Shown here piece after piece: positions 56,832 to 64,000 of a stretch of 64,000 nt of DNA (positions are counted from its first letter, which is position 1; each line of letters opens with the position of its first letter). The stretch is from Pseudomonadota bacterium (lineage in GTDB: Bacteria; Pseudomonadota; Gammaproteobacteria; Steroidobacterales; Woeseiaceae): the NCBI GenBank assembly GCA_022560695.1, contig JADFSP010000005.1:296-64295 (forward strand), read 5' to 3'. The notes beneath the pieces are model-generated. The model saw nothing but the letters and a program-made list of their open reading frames with translations, had not been told where the DNA came from and made no database searches. The position numbers and the translations under genes are program-made.

Positions 56832-59480
56832 TCAGAACAGCGAGTCAGACTCGTCCCGGTCGTCGTCCTGATTCTCGCCCGCGGCATCGTCGGGCGCAAT
56901 ATTTGGGACATCGCCCGGCACGGCGCTCGGCGCGTCGCCGGCGCTGTCATCGATCCCGGTCGCGTCATTGAAGACGTCAGGTGGCGCCTCGGCGCTCTCG
57001 CATTCGGGGATGTGGTCCACGCGGAACACCTCGAAGGTCACGTTGCTCTGACCGTGGATGGCGGGACACCCGGTATCCCTCCCGATGCGGACGGTGGTCA
57101 GGCCATCCGGCATCGGCATCTGGTTCTCGGCTACGCCGGCCAGCGCGACACGCAAGAATTCGATCCAGATCGGCAAAGCGGTACGCGAGCCCTCTTCGCC
57201 GGGCCCCAGCGGCAAGTCGTCGTCATAGCCGACCCAGACGATGCTGGCGAGGTCGCTGTTGAAGCCGCCAAACCAGGCGTCGCGCCTGTCATTCGAAGTT
57301 CCGGTCTTGCCGGACAGATCGCGGCGCCCGAGTACCAGGGCACGGCGGCCGGTGCCGCGACGAATGACGTCACGCATCATGTCCTGGATCAGGTAAACGT
57401 TCTGCACCGGTATGGCGCGCGGCGCGAGATTGATGTCCGCAAACAAGTCAGGCGCTGCGCGCGCATCCGGCTGATAGCTCAGCGCAACGTTGGCCATCTC
57501 TTCCAGCGACATGTCGTCGAAGGTATCGCCGGCATACTTATCTGCGGGTTCGGCCACGCAGCGCTCGCAAACGACCGCCGGCTCGGCACGATACAGAGTT
57601 TGGCCATCCGCTCCATAAATCGCATCGATCACATAGGAGCTGATGGCGTGCCCGCCATTGGCAATCGTCGCATAACCCTGCGCCATGTCGAGCGGCGAAA
57701 CCGAGCCGCCGCCCAGGGCCAGCGAGCCATTGCGCGGCAGCGCTGCGTCGCCAAAGCCGAATTTGGCGATGTGTCGCACCGCATTACCGATTCCGGTCTC
57801 GAACAACAGCAGGCGGACAGACACGAGGTTCATGGAGCGCACGAGGGCCTCGCGAAGTCGCGTCGGACCATAAAAACGGCCGCTGTAGTTGATCGGGCGC
57901 CACACGGCTTCGAGTTCTGAAGAATTGATGACGACCGGAGCATCGAGAACGATGGTTGCAGCGGTATTGCCATGTGCGAGCGCGGCCGAGTAAATGAATG
58001 GCTTGAAGGACGAGCCCGGCTGCCGCTGGGCTTGTGTTACACGGTTGAACTTCGTCATCGCGAAGTCGAAGCCACCGACAAGGCTGGTAATTGCGCCGTC
58101 GGCCGGGTCCATGGAAACGATAGCGCCCTGGGCCTCGGGCGCATCGGCCAGGGCCCAAATACCGATCGTCGTCGGCATGATATGAATTACGTCGCCGATC
58201 TTGAGTACGTCGGCTACAGTCTCCGGTTCAGCCCCGGCGGTCTCACGATCAATGAACGGCCTGGCCCAGCTGATACCGGCCCACGGAATGATCGCTTGTT
58301 CACCGTCGGCCAATACGATGCTGGCGCTGTTGTCGTCGTTGACGGCGGTCACCAGCGCGACCGACAGGCCGCCGGGCGCATACTGACCGAGAGTCTGGCG
58401 GATCTCGACCGGCCACTCCGAAAAAGGTGTTTCCAGTAACTCGGGCGTCAGCTCGATTTCATCGATGGCGCCGCGATATCCGCGGCGGCGCGTGAATTCG
58501 AGCAAGCCGTTACGCAGCGCATAATTTGCGGATCGCTGCAGTCGCGAATCAAGAGACGTCACAACCTGGTAACCGGCCGTATAAGTCTCTTCTCCGTAAC
58601 GCGTCAGCATTTCACGCCGCACCATTTCGGCAACATACGGCGCGTTGAGTTCAACCGCAGCGCCATGCAGTTGCGACTCCATCGGCTCGGCGACGCCTTG
58701 TTCATACGCTGCTTCGTCGATGTAGTCGAGATCGAGCATGCGGCCGAGAACGTAAGCGCGGCGGGCTTCTGCGGCAATGGGGTTGCGTACAGGGTTATAG
58801 TCCGACGGTGCCGGGAGCACGCCCGCCAGCGTCGCGGCCTCGCCAACGCTGAGTTCATCCAGTGATTTGTTGAAGTAGACCTGTGCGGCGGCGGCTACGC
58901 CGTAAGCGCGCTGACCGAAGAACATCTTGTTCAGGAACAACGCCATGATTTGTTCCTTCGAGAATGCCTGCTCGATCTTGTAGGCGAGAAAAGCCTCCTT
59001 GAGCTTGCGCGCAAAAGTCTGCTCGCGAGTCAGAAAGTAGTCGCGGGCCAGCTGTTGCGTCAGCGTGCTGCCGCCGCCGCTGATCTTGCCGTAGCGCGCA
59101 AGCCGGAGCAGCGCACGCAGGGTGCCCTGATAGTCCACGCCCGGGTGCGCGAAGAAGCGGCGATCCTCGGCGGCGATAAACGCTTGCACGACGTGTATCG
59201 GCAAGTCATCGAATTCAATGAGTACCCGGCGGCGCTGCCCGATCTCCGAAATCAGGTGACCGTCGCGACTGAAAATCCGCAAAGGGATCTGCAGAGGGAT
59301 GTCGCGAATCGTCTCGGCCGCCGGAAGCCCGGGAGAGACGAAATAGTAGGCGCCGATAACCGCGGCCACGCCGCTGATCGTTGCGATCAGCGCAAGTCCT
59401 GTTAGGACGATCAGCCAACGTGCAAGGCGGCGCCTCGATTTCTGCTCGAATTTCCTGTGCCGCTTCACTTTGTCTTGCAT
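56832..59480 (-). CDS. mrcA: penicillin-binding protein 1A (bifunctional transglycosylase/transpeptidase)
   Basis: 882 aa; glycosyltransferase motifs (AAEDRRFF, GGSTLTQQ) and transpeptidase motifs (SSFKP, SMN, KTGT). Confidence 0.95.
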   Translation of the reverse strand: MQDKVKRHRKFEQKSRRRLARWLIVLTGLALIATISGVAAVIGAYYFVSPGLPAAETIRDIPLQIPLRIFSRDGHLISEIGQRRRVLIEFDDLPIHVVQAFIAAEDRRFFAHPGVDYQGTLRALLRLARYGKISGGGSTLTQQLARDYFLTREQTFARKLKEAFLAYKIEQAFSKEQIMALFLNKMFFGQRAYGVAAAAQVYFNKSLDELSVGEAATLAGVLPAPSDYNPVRNPIAAEARRAYVLGRMLDLDYIDEAAYEQGVAEPMESQLHGAAVELNAPYVAEMVRREMLTRYGEETYTAGYQVVTSLDSRLQRSANYALRNGLLEFTRRRGYRGAIDEIELTPELLETPFSEWPVEIRQTLGQYAPGGLSVALVTAVNDDNSASIVLADGEQAIIPWAGISWARPFIDRETAGAEPETVADVLKIGDVIHIMPTTIGIWALADAPEAQGAIVSMDPADGAITSLVGGFDFAMTKFNRVTQAQRQPGSSFKPFIYSAALAHGNTAATIVLDAPVVINSSELEAVWRPINYSGRFYGPTRLREALVRSMNLVSVRLLLFETGIGNAVRHIAKFGFGDAALPRNGSLALGGGSVSPLDMAQGYATIANGGHAISSYVIDAIYGADGQTLYRAEPAVVCERCVAEPADKYAGDTFDDMSLEEMANVALSYQPDARAAPDLFADINLAPRAIPVQNVYLIQDMMRDVIRRGTGRRALVLGRRDLSGKTGTSNDRRDAWFGGFNSDLASIVWVGYDDDLPLGPGEEGSRTALPIWIEFLRVALAGVAENQMPMPDGLTTVRIGRDTGCPAIHGQSNVTFEVFRVDHIPECESAEAPPDVFNDATGIDDSAGDAPSAVPGDVPNIAPDDAAGENQDDDRDESDSLF

Positions 59481-59933
59481 GTTGGTTGCCGTTTTCAGTC
59501 AAACGCCGCGAATACGCATGACGTTGACACACTATATTAGAGGGTAGTCTGGTGTCCGAATTGTGCGGAAATAGTGGCTTTCCCACGGCAATTACCACTG
59601 CCCAGGGGTGCTGCCGCGGCTGATGATAGCCACGCAGCGGCGCACGCTGCAATGCCCCTGCGAAAAAATACGTGACGGTCCCGAAGGCGTGAGCCTGGCA
59701 GCGGCCCCGCCTGGTGCCACGGCCGAAGGAGCCGAAGCGGCGTGGCCGCCGGTCTCAATGCGAGCCGCCGACTAGTTCACGGACTGCCATAGCAATCCAG
59801 CAGTACCATAGGATCGCTGGATCGTGAACAAAGTCACGTTTTATTTGACATTTTATTGATATATAGTTAAATCGATTTGCTCAGGTCAAGACTACATTTG
59901 ACCTGCAACCTACCGACATAGAAGGGAAAAAGA

Positions 59934-60995
59934 GTGTTTTTTGGCAAGAAAACTCAACCACTGTTGGGCCTCGATATCACGACATCGTCGGTCAAGCTCA
60001 TTGAGCTTTCGCAAAGCGGCAAGCGCTTTCGCGTCGAGTCTTATGCGGCGGAACCCACACCACCCAGCTCGGTTAGCGAAAAGGCGATCGTCGATGCCAA
60101 GGCAGTCGGCGAAGCGATCCGCCGCGCCGTCAAACGGGCAGGCGCCAAGGCGACCGACGTTGCGGTGGCAATCAGCGGCGATGCGGCGATCACCAAGGTC
60201 ATTCAAATGCCCTCGAGCCTGTCTGAAAGAGACCTCGAAGGGCAGGTCGAAATTCAGGCGGACCAGTACATTCCTTTTCCGATGGAGGAGGTCAGCTTCG
60301 ACTTCGAAGTTATCGGACCGAATGAAAAAGATCCCGAACTCATGGACGTGTTGCTGGTTGCCACACGTACTGAAAATGTGGAGCAGCGCGAGGCCGCCGT
60401 ACACGCTGCCGGCCTGAATACGATGGTTGTCGACGTCGAGGCCTTCGCGCTCGAGAATGCATGCATTCTGCTGAGTCATCAGATTCCGGACGGCGGCATG
60501 GGGCAGTGCGTCGCCGTTGTCGACATCGGCGCCAGCAGTACAACATTCAGCGTATTGCAGGATCTCAAGGTCATTTACACACGCGATTTCAACTTCGGCG
60601 GCCAGCAGCTGACCGAGGAAATCATGCGTACTTACGGGCTGTCGATGGAAGACGCGGGCCGCGCCAAGAAACAGGGTGGCTTGCCGAGCAACTATCAGCC
60701 CGAAGTTCTTGAACCGTTCATCGATGACATGACGCAGCAGGTCAGCCGATCACTGCAGTTTTACCTGGCATCGGGCGGCGGACGCGAGCAACCGGACATG
60801 GTTCTGGTATGCGGCGGTTGCGCGAACATTCCGGGAATCTCCGACGTAATATCGAGCCGCGTCGGCGTCCCGACCGAGATCGGCGACCCGCTAGGCCAGA
60901 TGAAGATCTCGTCGAAAGCCAAGTCGCAGGGAGTGCACAAGGATGCGACGGCTCTTTTGACCGCATGCGGTCTTGCATTGAGGAGCTTCGACTAA
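59934..60995 (+). CDS. pilM: type IV pilus assembly protein PilM
   Basis: 353 aa actin-like ATPase fold. GTG start. First gene of pilMNOPQ. Confidence 0.9.
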   Translation: MFFGKKTQPLLGLDITTSSVKLIELSQSGKRFRVESYAAEPTPPSSVSEKAIVDAKAVGEAIRRAVKRAGAKATDVAVAISGDAAITKVIQMPSSLSERDLEGQVEIQADQYIPFPMEEVSFDFEVIGPNEKDPELMDVLLVATRTENVEQREAAVHAAGLNTMVVDVEAFALENACILLSHQIPDGGMGQCVAVVDIGASSTTFSVLQDLKVIYTRDFNFGGQQLTEEIMRTYGLSMEDAGRAKKQGGLPSNYQPEVLEPFIDDMTQQVSRSLQFYLASGGGREQPDMVLVCGGCANIPGISDVISSRVGVPTEIGDPLGQMKISSKAKSQGVHKDATALLTACGLALRSFD

Positions 60996-60996
60996 G

Positions 60997-61563
60997 ATGC
61001 CGCGCATTAATTTACTCCCCTGGCGCGAGGCAGACCGCAAGAAGCGCCAACGAGACTTCGGTGTTGCGATGGGCGGCGGCGTGGTTACTGCCGTTACAGT
61101 AGTACTGGCTACAATATTTGCGTTCTCGCAGATGATTTCGAACCAGGAAGACCGCAACCGGAGGTTGACGGATGAAATCGCCGAACTCGAGAAGAGCATC
61201 AAGGAAATCGACGGCCTCGAGGCGCAGAAGGAAAGATTGCTCGCTCGCATGGAAATTATTTCCGAGCTGCAGAAAAGCCGTCCGGAGATCGTGCATCTGT
61301 TCGACGAACTGGTGCGTCAGCTTCCCGAGGGCGTGTACCTGACCGGCATGAAGCAGACGGGTGCGAGCGTCGAAATTCGAGGTGTCGCTCAATCGAGCAC
61401 GCGTGTGTCTGCTTTGATGCGGCGGATCGACGCGTCCGAGTGGCTTGCCGATCCCGAGGTCGACCGGGTGGAGACCACAACCGCCGGTGCGTCCCGCCAG
61501 GCTGAATTCATCGTCAATCTGAAGCAGGTTCGCAAGGACGATGAGATGGAGGGCGCGCAATGA
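60997..61563 (+). CDS. pilN: type IV pilus assembly protein PilN
   Basis: MPRINLLPWRE N-terminus and a single TM helix. Confidence 0.9.
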   Translation: MPRINLLPWREADRKKRQRDFGVAMGGGVVTAVTVVLATIFAFSQMISNQEDRNRRLTDEIAELEKSIKEIDGLEAQKERLLARMEIISELQKSRPEIVHLFDELVRQLPEGVYLTGMKQTGASVEIRGVAQSSTRVSALMRRIDASEWLADPEVDRVETTTAGASRQAEFIVNLKQVRKDDEMEGAQ

Positions 61564-62159
61564 ATCTCGTTGACGAGCTCAGAAACCTGGATGTCAACGA
61601 CGTCGGTCGCTGGCCATTGCTGTTTCGCGCGGGCGTTATCCTGCTCGTGTTCCTGATGGTCGCCGGTCTGGGAATCTACTGGTTTATCATCGAGGATGCC
61701 GCGCCGCAACTCACGCGCGCGCGGAACGATGAACTGACGCTGCGCGTGACGTTCGAGAACAAACAACGCAAGGCGGCGAACTACGATGCCTACAAGGCAC
61801 AGCTTTCACAGATAGAGCAATCGTTCGGCACGATGTTGCGGCAGTTGCCCGGTGAGACGGAGATACCGAGCCTCATCGTCGACATTTCGCAGACCGGCCT
61901 TGCGGCGGGACTGCAGGAGAAACTGTTCCAGCCGCAGCCCGAGATACCGAGGGATTTTTACGCCGAGAAACCCATCAGGATTCGGCTGTCCGGCGGCTAT
62001 CATGAGATCGCGAATTTCGTCAGCGGCATCGCTTCGCTACCGCGCATAGTGACATTGCACAACATCAACATTACGCCCGAGGAAAGCGGCACCTATGACT
62101 TGTTGAGCCTGGAGGTTACGGCTCAGACCTATCGATACATCGAAGAGGAGACAGAATAA
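61560..62159 (+). CDS. pilO: type IV pilus assembly protein PilO
   Basis: Position, TM helix and coiled-coil pattern. Confidence 0.85.
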   Translation: MNLVDELRNLDVNDVGRWPLLFRAGVILLVFLMVAGLGIYWFIIEDAAPQLTRARNDELTLRVTFENKQRKAANYDAYKAQLSQIEQSFGTMLRQLPGETEIPSLIVDISQTGLAAGLQEKLFQPQPEIPRDFYAEKPIRIRLSGGYHEIANFVSGIASLPRIVTLHNINITPEESGTYDLLSLEVTAQTYRYIEEETE

Positions 62160-62161
62160 CA

Positions 62162-62692
62162 ATGTACGCTTCTCTGAAATTTCGAACCTTCGCGCTGTTG
62201 ACGCTGGTTGCGATCGGACTGACAGCCTGTGGCGGCGGCAATGATGATTTGGACCAATACATCAATAAGGTCAAAGCGCGCCCGGGTGGCCGCATTGATC
62301 CATTGCCGGAAATTGCGCCCTACGAGATTTTTACGTACATAGCGGACGCCGAGGGCCTGCGTTCGCCGTTCATTCCCGATACGCCACAGGCTATTGTTGG
62401 TTCGGCCGCGGCCGGAATGCGCCCGGATCTGGATCGCAGCCGCGAATTTCTCGAGGGCTATCCACTCGACACTTTACGCATGGTCGGCACGCTCGATATC
62501 GCTGAAACGGTTTACGGTCTCATACAGACCTCTGACGGCCTTATCCATCGTGTCGTACCGGGCAATTACATGGGCCAGAACGATGGTCGTATTACGAATA
62601 TCTCGGAATCGGAAGTCGGACTGGTTGAAATTATTTCCGACGGAATTGGCGGCTATGTTGAGAGAGATGCCGCTATCGGTCTTTCGGACTGA
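62162..62692 (+). CDS. pilP: type IV pilus assembly lipoprotein PilP
   Basis: Lipobox LTAC and position in the operon. Confidence 0.85.
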   Translation: MYASLKFRTFALLTLVAIGLTACGGGNDDLDQYINKVKARPGGRIDPLPEIAPYEIFTYIADAEGLRSPFIPDTPQAIVGSAAAGMRPDLDRSREFLEGYPLDTLRMVGTLDIAETVYGLIQTSDGLIHRVVPGNYMGQNDGRITNISESEVGLVEIISDGIGGYVERDAAIGLSD

Positions 62693-62720
62693 TACCTGAA
62701 TGGAACTGGGAGTGGTAGGA

Positions 62721-64000
62721 ATGATCGTCAAAACGAAACCGACGCAGGAGTACCGGCGTACGGTGTTAATAATGGTTGCAATATTGCAGGCGGCATTCCT
62801 GATGTTTGCAGGCGTAACCGCAAATGCGCAGGAAGGCAACCGGCTGCAGGACATTCAGGTTCGAAGTCTGCCCGGAGCGCGGGTCGAGCTGCGATTGATC
62901 ATGTCCGGTACCGCGCCAGAGCCGCTGGCGTTCACGATCGAAAACCCGGCGCGAATCTCCATCGATCTACCGGATACGGTACTCGGGCTGAGTTCACGTC
63001 GTCGAGACGTCAATTTGGGTCCGCTGGACACGATTTTGACCGCTGAGGCAAATGGGCGCACTCGTGTCGTATTAAACCTCGACTCGATGGTTGCCTACGA
63101 GACGCGGCGCAGCGGCAATGTCTTGATCATCACACTGGGGGACGGCGATGATTACAGCGCCGATGCCACTCAATTTGCCGGTACAGCGCCTGCGGCACAG
63201 ACGTCTTCCTATGCTGCACCGGGTGATCGTGCGATTACGGGCATCGACTTCCGCCGGACACGCGATGGCGGCGGCCGCATTGTTATCAATCTGAGCGATC
63301 CTTCGACGCCGGTCGACATTCAGCAGGAAGGTGGGCGCGTCGTCGCCGTATTCAAGGAAACGTCATTGCCTGCCGAGCTGATGCGCCGCCTCGACGTCAT
63401 GGATTTCGCGACGCCGGTATCGACCGTCGATGCGATGCGTACCAATCGCGATGCGCGCATCGTGATTTCCGCCATTGGCAGTTATGAACAGTTGGCGTAT
63501 CAGTCCGATAACGAATTTACGATCGAGATCAATCCGGTTGCTGCCAAGGATGAGGTGTCATCGAGCCTTTTCTCGGAGACGAAGGAATACGAAGGTCAAC
63601 GCCTGACGCTGAACTTTCAGGACATCGAAACGCGTGCAGTACTGCAGCTTCTGGCAGAGACGTCAGGAAAAAATATCATCGTCTCCGACACCGTGACGGG
63701 CAACGTAACGCTGCGCTTGCGCAATGTTCCATGGGACCAGGCACTCGATATCGTCATGACGACCAAGGGTCTCGACATGCGCCAGAATGGCAATGTCATC
63801 ATGGTGGCCCCGGCCGAGGAAATCGCGGCACGCGAGACAGCCGACTTGACGGCGAAGCAGGCTATCAATGAACTCGAGCCGTTGTATTCCGAGTTTCTGC
63901 AGGTCAACTATGCCAAAGCAAGCGACCTGGCGACGTTGCTCAGCGGCGACGGCAATACGATGATGTCTGAACGTGGCAATATCGCGGTCGATGACCGCAC
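62721..64000 (+). CDS. pilQ: type IV pilus secretin PilQ (5' part; runs off the window)
   Basis: Signal peptide, two AMIN-type domains, then LTLNFQDIETRAVLQLLAETSGKNIIVSD...NVPWDQALD (secretin N0). The frame is open to the window end. Confidence 0.9.
   Translation, partial: MIVKTKPTQEYRRTVLIMVAILQAAFLMFAGVTANAQEGNRLQDIQVRSLPGARVELRLIMSGTAPEPLAFTIENPARISIDLPDTVLGLSSRRRDVNLGPLDTILTAEANGRTRVVLNLDSMVAYETRRSGNVLIITLGDGDDYSADATQFAGTAPAAQTSSYAAPGDRAITGIDFRRTRDGGGRIVINLSDPSTPVDIQQEGGRVVAVFKETSLPAELMRRLDVMDFATPVSTVDAMRTNRDARIVISAIGSYEQLAYQSDNEFTIEINPVAAKDEVSSSLFSETKEYEGQRLTLNFQDIETRAVLQLLAETSGKNIIVSDTVTGNVTLRLRNVPWDQALDIVMTTKGLDMRQNGNVIMVAPAEEIAARETADLTAKQAINELEPLYSEFLQVNYAKASDLATLLSGDGNTMMSERGNIAVDDR

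Noticed and set aside
56757-57920. 387-aa plus-strand ORF, with similar long ORFs at 31198-32358, 29686-30549, 28093-28899 and 50688-51497
   Set aside because: All lie antisense to strongly conserved genes (mrcA, uvrD, trkA, trkH, PP2C) and have GC-artefact composition.

Overview
High-GC (about 60%) gammaproteobacterial chromosome segment. Gene order resembles Pseudomonas and related marine gammaproteobacteria (glnA-ntrBC, trmL, yibN-grxC-secB-gpsA, envC-ctp-yibQ, tatABC, recG-ridA-spoT-rpoZ-gmk-yicC/rph, ponA/pilMNOPQ). Most of the window is densely packed housekeeping genes. I found no rRNA, tRNA, CRISPR array, transposase or integrase. Many long ORFs in the track are antisense artefacts of the high GC content. 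The most interesting items are: (1) a minus-strand cluster of ECF sigma, zf-HC2 anti-sigma, a signal-peptide protein about 50% Asp/Glu, and a TPR + beta-barrel outer-membrane protein (32.9-36.4 kb), which I cannot assign to a described system; (2) a secreted protein made of six tandem Kazal-like inhibitor domains, start/stop-coupled to envC-ctp-yibQ and convergent with an ACE-like M2 lipoprotein peptidase plus a POT peptide transporter; (3) a decayed ntrBC locus (frameshifted ntrB, about 1.2 kb missing from ntrC) next to a glnA that keeps a textbook sigma-54 promoter and NtrC sites; (4) an abrupt glyS(5')/pgk(3') junction that is either a rearrangement or an assembly chimera; (5) a family of 25-27 bp palindromic intergenic repeats at five loci; (6) a cluster of DnaA boxes beside an AT-rich tract upstream of rpmE. 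All functional calls rest on motif and similarity recognition by eye; no searches were run.
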